Below are positions 50,139 to 63,540 of a stretch of DNA of 64,000 bases, piece after piece (the first letter of the stretch is position 1; each line of letters begins with the position of its first letter). A model generated the notes under the pieces. It was not told the origin of the DNA and ran no database searches. It worked only from the letters and a program-made list of their open reading frames with translations. The translations under genes were made by a program, and so were the position numbers. Source of the stretch: an uncultured Candidatus Rokubacteria bacterium. Its GTDB lineage: Bacteria > Methylomirabilota > Methylomirabilia > Rokubacteriales > DASRDR01. The DNA lies in NCBI GenBank assembly GCA_963805625.1, contig CAWDVE010000017.1, positions 608,001 through 672,000 on the forward strand, given 5' to 3'.

Positions 50139-50154
50139 CGGCACAGAGATTGCC
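50139..50154 (+). promoter_or_regulatory. sigma-54 promoter
   Basis: CGGCACAGAGATTGCC. Confidence 0.6.
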
Positions 50155-50193
50155 TGTGTGAATCGGCACCCGTCGCGAGAGGAGGTGTTCGGG

Positions 50194-50299
50194 ATGCGCG
50201 CGGTGGGTCTCTACAGCCGGGGTCCCCGTGTTCTTGATCGTCGTCCTCTGGCTGTTCGGGGTCGTGGAGGTTGGGATCATGATGGTATCCATGCACTAG
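50194..50299 (+). CDS. Single-TM microprotein (one frameshift), paralog of 59863
   Basis: RBS AGGAGG; MRAVGLY / AGVPVFLIVVLWLFGVVEVGIMMVSMH*. Confidence 0.5.
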
Positions 50300-50361
50300 T
50301 CCGACGGGCGGGGGGCCGCCTCCGCATGTCGCCGCCGGGCGACGGGCCTGAGTGACCGATG

Positions 50362-51661
50362 ATGGGCACACCGCCGCCGCGGATGACTCTCGACGATCTG
50401 TTTCTTCGCGCCCAGGCGACGATCGACCGGATCATCCGGCGTCTCCGGCTGGGCGCCCCGCCCGTGGCCGGGTCGGCGGCGCCTCCTGATCGTCCAGATC
50501 GACGGACTCTCGCGCGCCGTCCTCGAGCAGGCACTGGCCCGGGGGCACATGCCGGTCCTCCGGCGTCTCGTCGGCCGCGACGGGCACCGGCTGCTCCCCG
50601 ATGACCGTGGGGATTCCGACGTCCACGCCGGCCTTCCACATGGCGGCGATGTACGGCGTCCAGCCGGACATTCCCGGGTTCCACTACCACGACAAGCGGC
50701 GGCGGACCGACATTCACTTCCCGCGCGGCGGCCATGCGGCGTTCGTCGAGGCCAGTCAGGCCGCGAACCGCCCGGGCATCCTGCAGGGGGCAGCGTCTAC
50801 GGGTGCGCGTTCACCGGCGGGGCGGAGCACGACTTCTTCAGCTTCGCCCGGCTCACACGCCCGCGGGTGCCGGGTCTCGTCCGGATCCTCTCGGCGTTCG
50901 TGCTGGTCGCGTGGGTCGCGGCCAAGTGCGCGGTGCTCACCGGCGGGGAGCTCATTCGGGTGCTCGGCCGTCTCGCGCGGCGCCCGAGTCAGCGCGGATC
51001 GGCGTGGAGATGGTTCACGAAGAAGGTCGGCGTGTCGGTGTGGACACGCCAGTGGTTCACGTTTGCGGTCGCCCGCGACGTCTATGACGGCGTGCCGGCG
51101 TTCTACGTCGACTACCTCCGACCACGACTGAGGCGGCCCACGCCTTCGGGCCGCGAAACCGCCGGGCCTTCGCCGGGCTCCGAGCGGTCGACCGATCACT
51201 TCGGCAGATCCGGCGCGCGCTCCGCCGCGTGCCCGAGCACATCGGTACGACCTTTATATCCTCGCGGACCACGGGCCAGGCGTCCTGCACGCCATATTCG
51301 GCGATGACCGGCGGCCGGCGGTTCGAGCGTGCGTTCTTCGACGAGGTTCTCGGGGAGGTGTCCGGCGTCAGCGCCGCGGGCGGTTCGCGTCCGAGGGCCG
51401 TCGGCGGCGGTGACCGCGGCGATCGCAGGCCGTGCGCGGAGTCTCGGCGATGGGCTTCGCGTGGTTCCAGCTCCGCGACGCTCGGGCACGGAGCACGAGG
51501 TCGCGATCCAGATCCTGGCGACCGACAAGGATCCGGGAGAGGTGGAGGTCGACCCGGGCGCGCCGCCGGCACCTCCGGACGCGTCGACGGACGACGGGAA
51601 CGCGACCAAGGAGCCTGGCTCCGGCGCGCCGATCGCCGAGGCGTCACGCCTCCACATCTGA
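50362..51661 (+). pseudogene. Alkaline phosphatase/nucleotide pyrophosphatase superfamily protein, heavily frameshifted
   Basis: LIVQIDGLS, PTSTPAF, DIPGFHY, FYVDYL, ILADHGQ fragments across frames. Confidence 0.65.
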
Positions 51662-51730
51662 GGCGAGCGCGCCGCACAGCACGCGCGTCCCGCCCGCGCC
51701 GGGCCGGCGGGCACGGCGGGTTCACCGCCG

Positions 51731-53029
<1,299 letters not shown>

Positions 53030-53045
53030 GGAGTCAGGGGGCCGG

Positions 53046-53400
53046 ATCAGGCCCGCCGGGCGCGCGATGACCGGGGGCGGCCGTCCGGGTCCACCGGCTC
53101 GGGACGCGGTCCGGAACCGGCCGCCAGCGCCCGCTCCGATCCTCCGGTGTGACGTAGGCCGTCAGCGCCACCGCGGGCACACGGCCGACCCGATCGCGGG
53201 GCAGGCCCGAACGCGCTGGATGAGCGCATAGCCGTCCTCTCGCGGCATCCCGATGTCGGACACTAGCACGTCGGGCGTCCACTGCGCGAGATGGTTGAGG
53301 GCCTGGGCGCTCCCGGCGGTGGTCCGCTCTCGGCGCCGCGGAGGGCGCGTCCCGACGGCGGCGAATCCACGTCCACGCGCGACGTCTGACGCCCCGGCCG
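53046..53400 (-). pseudogene. CheY-like receiver fragment
   Basis: [27 protein letters not shown] across frames. Confidence 0.6.
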
Positions 53401-53491
53401 CGGCGTCACGGGCCGGCGCGCGCCGTCCGCTCTCGGGCCGGCCGGCCCCGAGACGGCCCGGGCCGAGGAGGAGGTCCCCGATGCCCTTCGC

Positions 53492-53869
53492 TCAGCGCCG
53501 AGTCGTGACCGGACTGGGCCGGTCCAGGAAGCCGACGGCCGCCAGGACGCCGCCGAGTACCGCGTGGAGCCAGATGTCGTGGCCCCCGAGAGGGACGAGA
53601 CCGAACCCCGTCGGCGTCAGGACCCCCACCACGGCCAGCGTGAGGTACGCGATCCCGCCGATCCGGCAGTACGCGGTTGCCCGGTTCGGAGTGCCGCCGG
53701 CGACCAGCCCCCACCCGCCGAAGGCGAGGTGCACGAGGTTATGCAGCACGTTGACGGGGAAGAGGCCGAGGAGGAGCTCGCTGGACATCGAGAACGGGGT
53801 CGTGACGAGACCGAGGACCCCGACCAGCAGGAACACGACGCCGAACGCGCGCGCCGTCGTCTGAGTCAT
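53492..53869 (-). CDS. DUF4383 family membrane protein
   Basis: GVVFLLVGVLG, LLGLFPVNVLHNLVHL, DIWLH. Confidence 0.8.
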   Translation of the reverse strand: MTQTTARAFGVVFLLVGVLGLVTTPFSMSSELLLGLFPVNVLHNLVHLAFGGWGLVAGGTPNRATAYCRIGGIAYLTLAVVGVLTPTGFGLVPLGGHDIWLHAVLGGVLAAVGFLDRPSPVTTRR

Positions 53870-55957
53870 GGTTGTCCTTCCTGCCGGGGAGGGGTCGATT
53901 CCGGCGGCCCCGGCTCCGCAGTCAGGATCACGGCGCGGAGCACCTCGGCCACGCTCCAGGCCTGGGCGATGCAGCCGCGGGGCGTGAACGGCGGCTCGGC
54001 GTCGAAGATCTCGCTGATGGTGCCGACGCACGCCTCGTCGAGATGGGACCAGAAGCGATCGAGGAGCTGGCGGGCGTGCGCGCGGTCCTCGGGGTGAGCC
54101 CGGAGCCACGCGTCGACGAAGGGGCCGATCAGCCAGGCCCAGACCGTGCCCTGGTGGTAGGCGGCATCGCGCGCCCGCAGGTCGCCGTAGTACGTCGCCT
54201 TGTAGTCGGGATGGCCCGGGGCGAGCGAGCGCAGGCCGACCGGCGTGAGCAGGCGCTCGCGGACCACCTCCAGCACCGACGCCCAGCGCGTCTCGGTCGA
54301 GCACCGGATGAGCGAGCGAGATGGCGAGCAGCTGGTTGGGCCGGCAGGCGGGATCGTCACCGCTCTCGCCGTCGACCACGTCGTACAGGTAGCCGCCGTC
54401 GGCGTACCAGAAGCGCGCGTTGAACGACCGTGCGGACCTGGTCCGCGCGTGGTCGACAGCGGCCGCCGCCGCGTCGTCGCCCTGCTCCTCGCGCATCCAC
54501 CCCTCGAGCAGCCGCAGCGCGTTGTACCAGAGCGCGTTGATCTCGACCGCCTTGCCGCGCCGCGGCGTCACGACCCAGTCGTCGACCTTGGCGTCCATCC
54601 AGGTGAGCTGGTACCCCTCCGCGCCCTGGCGGAGCAGGCCGTCCGCCGGATCGACGCCGATGCCGAAGCGCGTGCCGCGCACGTGGTGGTCGACGATGTC
54701 GACGCAGCGTCGGGCAGGAGGAGCCGGAGCGTCTCGCGGTCGCCGGTCGCCCGGAGGTAGCGGTCGAGGGCGTGGAAGAACCAGAGGTGGCGTCGGCCGT
54801 GTGGTAGAGGCCCTCGCGCTGTGCCCTCGGGGAACATGTTCGGAATCAGGCCGTCGCGGACGTAGTGGGCGAAGGTGCGCAGGATGTAGCCGGCCTCCAC
54901 GTGGCGCCCGGTCAGCAGGGTCAGCCCTTCGAGGCTGATCATGGTGTCGCGGCCCCAGTCGGTGAACCAGTGATAGCCGGCGATGATCGTGCGCACCTCG
55001 TCGCCCGTGGCCCGGACGCGCGCGGTGTCGGCCACGCGACCGGCCGGCGTGACGACGAACTGGTCGGCCGCCAGCACGAGCTCGGCCGCCGGGCCCGGTG
55101 CGGGCCCGGGGATGGGCGGCCGCGAGGAGTCGCCGCCGGCGCTCCTGCTCGGCCCGCAACGCGGTCTCCGGATCGAGCGCGTCGATGGCCTCCCAGGGCT
55201 CGGTCGAGGCGACGATCGTGCCCGTGCCCTCCGGCTCGAGCGTCATGCGGAAGTAGCCCGGGCTCCAGAGGTCGCCGGTCGCCTCGTATCCGCGACTCCG
55301 CTCCGAGGGATACAGGACATGCTGGATCGTGTGACCCGAGACGCGGAAGGCGGCCGGCGGGCCGTGTGTCCGCAGGCGCAGCCGCGGGAACTCCGGGCTC
55401 CCGAACAGCTCGTAGCGGTCCCCCAGGACCGTGAGGCCATAGGGACCGGCGAGGGGATCGCTCACCGGGCGTTCGTGCGGGCGGAAGTGGACGGCCGGCC
55501 GCACCTGGAGACTGACCGGCCCCGGGGCCGAGACGAGTCGATAGCTGACGTGGACGGTGTTCTGGCGGTACGGAACGAGTAGGCGCTTCTCCAGGACGAG
55601 CTGGCCCAGCTCGTACCGCCACACGGGCAGGCCCAGCTCGAGGCGGAACTCGGCAAGATCCAGCACCTCCGCGGGCTTTCCGGCCCCGGTGGCCTCCCAG
55701 CCAGCGGTCGTGGCGGCGACGCCGCCGTCCGGCAGGCCGAGCCGCTCGTGCAGGTGGCTCAGCATGTTCATCCGGCCGAGCGGCGCCGGCAGGGCGGCGA
55801 TCAGGAGCCCGTGGTAGCGCCGCGTCATCAGGGTGGACACCGTGCCCGACGCGTAGCCGCCGAGCCCGTTCGTGACCAGCCATTCGCGAGTCGCCGACCG
55901 GCCCCGCTCGGGATCGTCGCGACCGGGCCACGGGATCCGGCGGATCAGATCGCTCAT
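53866..55957 (-). pseudogene. Amylo-alpha-1,6-glucosidase (glycogen debranching, GDE N-term + GH133-like), frameshifted
   Basis: EWLVTNGLGGYASGT, RRYHGLL, IIAGYHWFTDWGRDT, TWMDAK, KAVEINALWY, YHQGTVW, AQAWS. Confidence 0.88.
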
Positions 55958-57836
55958 CGCGAGGGCCGAAGACGAGGGCGGTGTGGCCCGGCAGGACCCA
56001 GCCGTCGGCGGGATCGACCTCGGGCGTGCCGGCGCCGCCGTAGCGGATGGCCTCGCTGGACCAGAGGAGGCTCCAGCGCATGCCCTCGGGCGGCGCGAGC
56101 AGGGGCTCGGCGACCGCCGGGAGGGCGAGATCGCGCCCCAGGTTGAGGCAGAGCAGCCGATCGTCGGGATCGAGGCCCACGCCGAAGAACCGGAGGACGA
56201 GCGCCTCGGGTCCGAGGACGGCGCCGTCCACGCCGCCGCTGCCCTGCGTGCGGAACACCGGGTCCTCCCGCCGCAATCGGAGGAGGTCGACGTGGAGAGC
56301 ATAGGCTGCGCCGTTGCGCTCGCGCTCGCCGAGGTCGAGCTTCGAGCGCTCGAAGGTGAGGCGATCGGCCGGATCGGGTAGCGCTGCCTGCGCCTCGGCC
56401 CCGGCCAGGCTCGGAAACTGGGCCAGGAACTCCGCGCGGCCCACCCGCGCCAGCTTCGCCAGCTCGGGCGGGAGGTCGGCGAAGTAGAGGAAGGGGCTCG
56501 AGGCGGCGAACTCCTGACCCTGGAACAGCATCGGGGTCGCCGGGCCCAGCAAGAGCAGCGCGGTCATGGCCCGGTATCGGCCGGGGCTGGTCAGCCGATG
56601 GCAGCGGAGCCCTGCCGCGAGTTGGCGACCTGGTCGTGGTTCTGGAGGAAGTTGACGAAGGACGTCGGCCCGCACGTCCCAGCGCGGGCGTGCCGCGCGG
56701 CTTCCCCTGCCATGCGTATCACTGCCCCTGGTAGAGATAGCCGCACTTGACGGCCGAGATCAGCTCCTGGGGCGTCCCGGCGTAGTCGCTGAAGTACGCC
56801 TCGTCGCGCCCGGTCAGGGCCACCGTGGCGGAGTGGTGGAAGTCGTCGTTCCACAGGGCGTCGAGCCCGTAGCCGCCGGCCGCCACCGCGCGGACGAGCC
56901 TCACGTCCTGCGGCTCGTTCTCGGCGACGAGGAACACCGATCGGCGGCCGGCGCTCTCCCGCGCCCGGCGCGCGATCGCCGTCAACATGTGCTCCGGGGA
57001 ATCGTCGTGGATGTCCTGCGTGGCATCCAGCCGCAGCCCGTCGAGGTGAAACTCGTCGATCCAGTAGCCGGCGTTCGAGACGAAGAACTCGCGGACCGGC
57101 CCGGAGTCCTCGCCGTCGAAGTTGATCGCCTCGCCCCAGTCCGTCGGTGACGCGTGGCTGAGATAGTCGGCGAGCGAACTGGCCGAGGTAGTTGCCGTCC
57201 GGGCCGAAGTGGTTGTAGACGACGTCGAGGATCACGCCGAGGCCGACCGCGTGGGCCCGATCGACGAAGCGCGCGGAAGTCGTCGGGCCGGCCGTAGAGC
57301 CGCGTCGGGGCGAACAGGTCGACGCCGTCGTAGCCCCAGCCGAATCGCCCGCGAAATCGGCGACCGGCATCACCTCGATCACCGTGATCCCAGCTCGCGC
57401 CAGCTCCGGCAGCTCGCGGCGGCCGCGTCCCAGGTGCCCTCGGGCGTGAACGTGCCGATGTGCATCTCGTAGAGGACCTGGCCCTCGCGGCGTGACGCCC
57501 GGCCACCGGTCATCGGTCCAGGAAAAGGCGGCCGGATCGACGACCTCGGACGGGCCGTGGGGTCCGTCGGGCTGGAACCGCGACGCCGGATCGGGGCAGG
57601 CCGGCCCGCCGTCGAGGCGGTACGCGTACCTCATCCCGACTTCGACGGCGGGAACGAGGCCGGAGTGGTACCCGTGGGGCTCCGCGTCGAGGCAAACCCG
57701 CCGGTCGTCCAGCTCGACCTCGACCTGCGCGGCCCCTCGGTGCCCACACGCGAAAGTGCACGCCCCCCGTGGGGGCGAGCTCTGCTCCAATCGGCAGGCG
57801 TCGCCAGGTCGGAGGCGAGCTGCTTCGCGTTCGCAC
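55954..57836 (-). pseudogene. treZ: Malto-oligosyltrehalose trehalohydrolase, frameshifted
   Basis: FRVWAP, PDPASRFQPDGPHGPS, YEMHIGTF, WGYDGV, DVVYNHFGPDGNY, WNDDFHH, QNHDQVAN, PMLFQGQE. Confidence 0.9.
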
Positions 57837-57963
57837 GGATGGTCCTGGAGGGCAACTTCCGTACCAGACCACCGGACCGTGGTCAGACGACCGGCACACG
57901 AAACACTCTTCCGCATTCGCGTCGTCGGCGCTCCAGCGTCGAGCCGGTGCCGAACCGAGGGGC

Positions 57964-57993
57964 GCCATGGTGTCGTCGCCGCGACAGCGTGAC
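57964..57993. promoter_or_regulatory. Palindromic upstream activator site
   Basis: GCCA-TGG-TGTCG-TCGCCG-CGACA-GCG-TGAC. Confidence 0.7.
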
Positions 57994-58110
57994 GCACGGG
58001 CGGCGAACGCGGGCGCATCGGGATCGCCGAGAGTCTGGTCATCCGTCGCGTCCTCGGTGATGGCGGGCGCGGCAACCCGACGTGGTCAGCCCGCGAAATT
58101 CACGGACGAC

Positions 58111-58126
58111 TGGCATCTCGATTGCT
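58111..58126 (+). promoter_or_regulatory. sigma-54 promoter
   Basis: TGGCATCTCGATTGCT. Confidence 0.7.
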
Positions 58127-58182
58127 CCTTCTGACTCGCAGAGCTTGCGCACTACACCGTGAAGCACCGAGGAGGATGGAGC

Positions 58183-58873
58183 ATGAAGAGTCGAATCTGT
58201 GCCTTTCATCAGCGCCGTGGCCCTCGCGGGCGCGTTCGGGGCGACGCACGCCAACGCCCAGTCGCCGCCCAAGCCCGTCGCCGCCACGGGACAGCCCGCG
58301 AAGAACGCCGAGCAGATCAATGACACGAAGCGCTTTGCCGAGCACACGGGGCTGTACCGCGCCAGCTCGGTCGTCGGGAGCGGCGTCAAGGACCTGGCCG
58401 GCAAGGACGCCGGGAAGATCGAGGATCTGCTCCTCGACCACCGTGGCCACGTCGGGTACGCCGTCGTGTCGTTCGGCGGCTTCATGGGCATCGGCGACAA
58501 GCTGTTCGCGGTGCCGTGGGACGCGGTCATCGTCGATCGCGAGAAGCGAACCGTCTACGTCGACGTGAAGAAGGAGACCCTCGAGCGGTCGCCGAGCTTC
58601 ACGGCAGACAAGTACCCCGATCCCAATGACCGGGAGTGGGGTCGCGACGTCCGCAAGGCCTGGAGCGACGCGTCCATCACCGCTGCGGTGAAGACGAAGC
58701 TCGCGGGGACGTCGCCCGCCACGCTGCTGAAGGTCAATGTCGACACGACCAACGGCATCGTGCAGCTCAACGGCACCGTCGACAACGACAAGACGCGACA
58801 GCGCGCGACGGAGCTCGCCCGGCAGGTCGACGGCGTGCGCCGCGTGGTGAACAACCTCAAGGTGCAGGGCTAA
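58183..58873 (+). CDS. Secreted PRC-barrel + BON domain protein
   Basis: RASSVVG..GKIEDLLLD..YAVVSFGGFMGIGDKLFAVPW; DASITAAVKTKL..VVNNLKV; probable +1 error near start. Confidence 0.85.
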
Positions 58874-58993
58874 CGCCCGGCGCCGCGAGGCCTCTCCCGC
58901 GGTCTCGGCAGGGCCCGGGCCACGCCGCGAGGCGTCCCGGGCCCTGTCCGCTCCTTTCCATCGGTCGTCACTCGCCGTCGAAGGAGGTCCTCG

Positions 58994-59641
58994 ATGGCAG
59001 CGCACACCACTCCCAAGACTCCGAAGGCCTACCGGAAGCGCGAGTTCGACCTCAAGGGGCTCGCCGGCATCTCGGACGCCCAGATCGAGGAGCACCTGAC
59101 TCTCTACGCCGGCTACGTCAAGCAGGTCAACGCGCTGAACGAGGAGCTGGCCGAGATGCTCGCTCGCGGCAAGGCGTCGGGCAAGAGCCCGGAGTTCGCC
59201 GAGCTGACGCGACGCCTGGGCTTCGAGTACAACGGAATGATCCTTCACGAGTACTACTTCGGTAACCTCCGGGCCGCCGCCAATCCGAAGCCCCCGGCGG
59301 GATCGGGGCTGACGGAGGCCCTCGTCGGGTCCTTCGGATCGGCCGATCAGTGGCGGACCGACTTCCAGGCAATCGGCGAGATGCGCGGGGTCGGGTGGGT
59401 GATCCTGTTCCAGGATCCCGTGACCGATCGCCTCACGAATCACTGGATCACGCTCCACCAGGACGGCGTGCCCGCGGGGTTCAAGCCGCTCCTGGTCATG
59501 GACGTCTGGGAGCACGCCTTCATGCGGGACTACAAGGCGACCGAGCGCGACCAGTACATCGAGGCGTTCTTCCGGAACATCGACTGGTCCATCGTCGAGA
59601 CCCGGCTCCAGGAAGAGCGCGCCGTCCGGCCCGCAGCCTGA
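58994..59641 (+). CDS. Fe/Mn superoxide dismutase family protein
   Basis: Metal ligands EEH, ILHEYY, DVWEHAF; RBS AGGAGG. Confidence 0.9.
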   Translation: MAAHTTPKTPKAYRKREFDLKGLAGISDAQIEEHLTLYAGYVKQVNALNEELAEMLARGKASGKSPEFAELTRRLGFEYNGMILHEYYFGNLRAAANPKPPAGSGLTEALVGSFGSADQWRTDFQAIGEMRGVGWVILFQDPVTDRLTNHWITLHQDGVPAGFKPLLVMDVWEHAFMRDYKATERDQYIEAFFRNIDWSIVETRLQEERAVRPAA

Positions 59642-59667
59642 GCATCCGTCACGGTATTCCCTCGACT

Positions 59668-59699
59668 CGTCACGGTGTCGCCGCGGCGACACCGTGACG
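59668..59699. promoter_or_regulatory. Perfect 32-bp palindrome, consensus activator site
   Basis: CGTCACGGTGTCGCCGCGGCGACACCGTGACG. Confidence 0.75.
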
Positions 59700-59774
59700 G
59701 AGGTGCGGCTCTCCGGACCGTTGGAATCCGGCCCGTTTCCGGCCGCCGGACGCCCGATCTCGGGCGAACTGGCT

Positions 59775-59790
59775 CGGCACGCGACTTGCC
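59775..59790 (+). promoter_or_regulatory. sigma-54 promoter
   Basis: CGGCACGCGACTTGCC. Confidence 0.65.
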
Positions 59791-59862
59791 CTGACAAGTA
59801 CACAGAGGGGCCGCGCCAGTGCTCGTGGCCGACCGACGAAAAACAGGAGGGGGGCGACAGCA

Positions 59863-59937
59863 ATGCCGTTGATCCTGTGGCTTCTGGGAGTGCCGCTCAG
59901 TCTGATCGTCATCCTGTGGCTCATGGGCGTGATGTAG
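59863..59937 (+). CDS. 24-aa single-TM microprotein
   Basis: MPLILWLLGVPLSLIVILWLMGVM; RBS AGGAGG; after sigma-54 site. Confidence 0.7.
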   Translation: MPLILWLLGVPLSLIVILWLMGVM

Positions 59938-59988
59938 GCGTGCCGCGACCGCTGTTCTCGGGGAGGGAATCGATGCGGCGAATGTGAG

Positions 59989-60168
59989 ATGGGAAGCCTG
60001 ATCGGGATCGCATTGCTCATGGGCACCGTGCTCACGGGGTGCGATCAGGGCCCGGCACAGAAGGCGGGCTCGAAGATCGACCGGGCCCTGGACCGGCTGA
60101 GCGGCAAGGGGCCCGTCGAGAAGGCCGGAGAACGGATCGACAAGGCGGTGGAAGAGCTCAAGAAGTAG
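59989..60168 (+). CDS. Small lipoprotein with GPA(E/Q)KAG.KID repeats
   Basis: LTGC lipobox; GPAQKAGSKIDRA / GPVEKAGERIDKA. Confidence 0.7.
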   Translation: MGSLIGIALLMGTVLTGCDQGPAQKAGSKIDRALDRLSGKGPVEKAGERIDKAVEELKK

Positions 60169-60237
60169 CGGAGCCTGATCGGACGCCCGCCCGTGGGGCG
60201 GCGCCCGGGGCGACTACCGACCGGTAGAAGGGAGGGA

Positions 60238-60414
60238 ATGGCGATGATGTCGTTGGCGCTGACGTTCCTGATCGTGGGACTCGTGGCCGGGCTCCTTGGG
60301 CTCTACGGAGTCGCGGCCGTGGCCTCACAGATCGCGTGGGTGCTGTTCCTGGTGGGGGTGGTGCTGCTCGTGCTCCACATGGCCAGGACGCGGCGATTGC
60401 CGCCCGCAGTCTGA
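60238..60414 (+). CDS. DUF1328 (YtjA-like) small membrane protein
   Basis: ALTFLIVGLVAGLLGLYGVAAVASQIAWVLF. Confidence 0.8.
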   Translation: MAMMSLALTFLIVGLVAGLLGLYGVAAVASQIAWVLFLVGVVLLVLHMARTRRLPPAV

Positions 60415-60433
60415 CGACGGCGGAGGGCGTGCC

Positions 60434-60751
60434 ATGAAGGAGAGCCTCGTCGCGGCGATTGGCATCTGGCTCGTGTTCGTGCTCGTGTTCGCTTCGCTCG
60501 TCGGGGCTCAGACCGGACAGGCTCCGGTGCCGGCCTCGAAGGTCGCGCCGATCGCGAAGACCGAGGTCAGCGGGAAGATCAAGAGCGTGGATCCGGCCGG
60601 CACAACGGTTCTCCTCGAGGACGGCACCCGATTGATGATCCCGGGTTCCGTCAACGTCAACCCTGCCGCGCTGAAGGCCGGCGCGACGGTGAAGGCGAGC
60701 ATCGAGGAGAAGGGCGGTCAGAAGATGGTGACCGCGATCCAGGTCAACTGA
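60434..60751 (+). CDS. Small secreted OB-fold protein (DUF1344-like)
   Basis: Signal peptide; GKIKSVD..VLLEDGT..GATVKASIEE; paralog of 14847. Confidence 0.65.
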   Translation: MKESLVAAIGIWLVFVLVFASLVGAQTGQAPVPASKVAPIAKTEVSGKIKSVDPAGTTVLLEDGTRLMIPGSVNVNPAALKAGATVKASIEEKGGQKMVTAIQVN

Positions 60752-61117
60752 GGAGGTGAAACTCGTGGCGCATCAATATCGCTGTGAGAAGTGCGGACAC
60801 CTGTCGGACAGACCGGGCAACTGCTGCGGTCAGCCGATGAAGGAGATTTCCTAGCCACACTGCGGGGAGCGGGCGGTCGGGCCCGCTCGCCGCTTCCCGT
60901 TCCCTTTCTCTCACTCTCCTCACTCGTGTGTCCGAGGCACCTCCGCTGGGCGGCGGCGCTCAATCCGGAACGCTCGATCGGAACGCGCAGACCGATCCCC
61001 TGGTGTCGACTTGGCCTGGCGGAGAGCGCGCCCGCTGACTCCGCCGGAGTCGATGGGTGTGCTCGAGCAGCACGGTCGCCGCCGGGGCCTCGGAACCCGC
61101 ATGGTACGCTCGAGCAC

Positions 61118-62222
61118 ATGTGGCGGTCTTCACTCAGCGTGGCCGCGGGCTCGCCCGCAGGAAGTCGCCGCCGCGGGCTTCGAGCGACTCGCCTGGTCTT
61201 CGTGCTCGCGCTGCTCGCGCTCACCCTGGTTCCGACGACGCCCCTGGATGTGGAGTCGGCCGGGGTGGAGCGGAAGCCCGCCCATCATCTCCGGCGAGGC
61301 TTCCGGAACCTCGACGATGGGTACCACTACGACATGGGCGTCCGGATGCGCCATTTCGTCCGGGGCGCCTTCACGTCGCACCCGCCGAGGGGCGCCGCGA
61401 CGCCCGTCATCGGAAACGACGGCGCCGCCCTGCGCGCCAACGGAACGCATCCGACCGTCACCTGGGTCGGCCATTCCACGTTTCTCGTGCAGCTCGATGG
61501 GGTGAACATCCTGACGGATCCCCACTGGGGGGACCGGGCGAGCCCGGTCGGATTCGCCGGACCGCGGCGGCTCGTGCCGCCGGGTCTCAGATTCGAGGAC
61601 CTGCCGCCGATCCACGCGGTCGTCATCTCCCACGACCACTACGACCACCTCGACGCGGGCACCGTCGAGCGGCTGGCGCGCGAGCATCGGCCACGCTTCT
61701 TCGTGCCGCTCGGTCTGAGGGCGTGGCTCGGGGAGCGAGGGATCTCGGACGTGGTCGAGCTGGACTGGTGGGACACTGTCCGGTTCCGGGGGTTGACCCT
61801 CGTGTGCACGCCGGCGCAGCATTCCTCGGGGCGCACCCTGACCGACCAGTACCTACGCCTCTGGTCGTCGTGGGTCGTCGTCGGGCCGACGCGGCGATTC
61901 TTCTTCGCCGGAGACACCGGATACGACTCGCGACTCAGGACGATCGGCAATCGCTTCGGACCCTTCGATCTCGCAGCGATCCCGATCGGGGGCTATACCA
62001 CCTTCAGACGAGGGACACCCGAACCACGTGAACCCGGAGGAGGCGATACAGCTCTATGAGGACGTTCAGGGCCGCCTGCTGGTGCCCATGCACTGGGGGA
62101 CGTTCGGGATGAACCGCGAGCCGTTCCGGGAGCCGCCCGAGCGGCTCTTGCGGGAGGCGCTCCGGCGGGGTCTCGAGGAGCAGATCGCGATCCTGAGCCC
62201 TGGCCAGACCGTTTCCTGGTAG
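61118..62222 (+). CDS. MBL-fold hydrolase, NAPE-PLD-like (frameshift near 62010)
   Basis: TWVGHST, LTDP, ISHDHYDHLD, FAGDTGY, PIGGY, MNPEEA, PMHWGTF. Confidence 0.85.
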
Positions 62223-62234
62223 CAGTCCCGGCCG

Positions 62235-63540
62235 TCAGAAGCTGGACTCGAAGGGTATCGCCAGCAGCTCGAAGAAGCGCCCCTCGGATTCCCCGATGCC
62301 GCCAGGCCTCGAGGTCCATCCGCTCCGCGTACTGCAGATCGTCCTGGAAGGCTTTCTCGAGCCGAGCCGCAAAGTCCGTGTCGTAGGCCACGACGTTCAG
62401 CTCGTCGTTCAGCTTGAAAGAGCGGTGGTCGAGGTTCGTGCTGCCGACGGTGGCCCAGATGCCGTCGATGACCATCGTCTTGGCGTGGAGGAGCGCTGGC
62501 TTGTACTCGTAGATCTCGATGCCCGCCTCCAGCAAGCGACCGAACTGCCGCCGTCCTGCGTGGCGCACGAGCGGGTGATCACTCACCGCGGGTACGAGGA
62601 AACTGATCTGGATGCCTCGCCGGGCGGCGTTCACCAGCGTCTCGATCATCTGTTCGTCGAGAAGGACGTATGGGTTGGTGATCTTGATCGACCGACGGGC
62701 GGAGGACAGGGCCAGGAGGAACGTGGTGTACATCGCGTAGCCTCCGCCCGCGGGGCCGCTACGAATGACCTGCGCGTGGATCTTGCCTTTCGCCTCGACC
62801 GGGCCGGGAAAGTAATCCGCTCCGCCGAGGACGACCCCCGTGGCCTCGACCCAGTTCTCGGCGAACGCGCCCTGGAGGTACTCGACGACGGGCCCTTCGA
62901 TGCGGACGTCGGTGTCACGCCAGTGATCGGCCACCCGACCGTTCCCCATCCACTTGTGGCTGACGCCGGAGCCACCCGTGAAGCCTACGCGGCCGTCGAC
63001 GACGAGGATGCGACGGTGGTTCCGGTTGTTCGCGCGGTTGAGACCGAAGGGGCCGATCGGCCGGAACGAGACCACCTGGCAGCCGTCCTTGGACATGAGC
63101 TTCGTGTATTCCCGCGGCATGGCAAGGGTCCCCACGCTGTCGAGCAGGACGTGCACCCGCACTCCGGCCCGGCATCGCTCGGCCAGCGTCTCGGCGACTT
63201 GGCGCGCGATCTGTCCGTCCTCGTAGCTGTACTGGGCATACGTGATCGTCGTCTGGGCTCCTCGGATCGCCTCGAGGATGGCGGGGTAGATCTGCTCGCC
63301 GTTCAGGAGGATCGTCAGGCGGTTGCCTCCGACGATTGGCGCCTGCGCGTGAGCCTCGAGGGTGGGAAAGAATGCCGGCTCGCCGAGATTCATGGGGGGC
63401 AGCGTCCGGTGGACCGGGACGTTGGAGCAGGCGCCGCCCGACATGGCGACGGCCAGCAGCAGGATCGTCGGCAAGGCTCGCCCGGCCCGGCGACGCGGGG
63501 TTCCCACGAGCGGTCGGAGGTGCGTGGCATCACCGATCAC
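62235..63540 (-). CDS. Cardiolipin synthase-like phospholipase D (ClsB-type)
   Basis: NHRRILVVDG (first HKD variant) and LHAKTMVIDG..GSTNLD; stop shifted by frameshift. Confidence 0.88.

Noticed and set aside
49954-50292. 112-aa minus-strand ORF
   Set aside because: Antisense to the microprotein and spans the promoter/enhancer region; no protein-like features.
53492-56302. 936-aa GDE-DUF4383 fusion ORF
   Set aside because: Artefact of frameshifts; DUF4383 has its own RBS (AAGGA) and an ATG overlapping the GDE stop.
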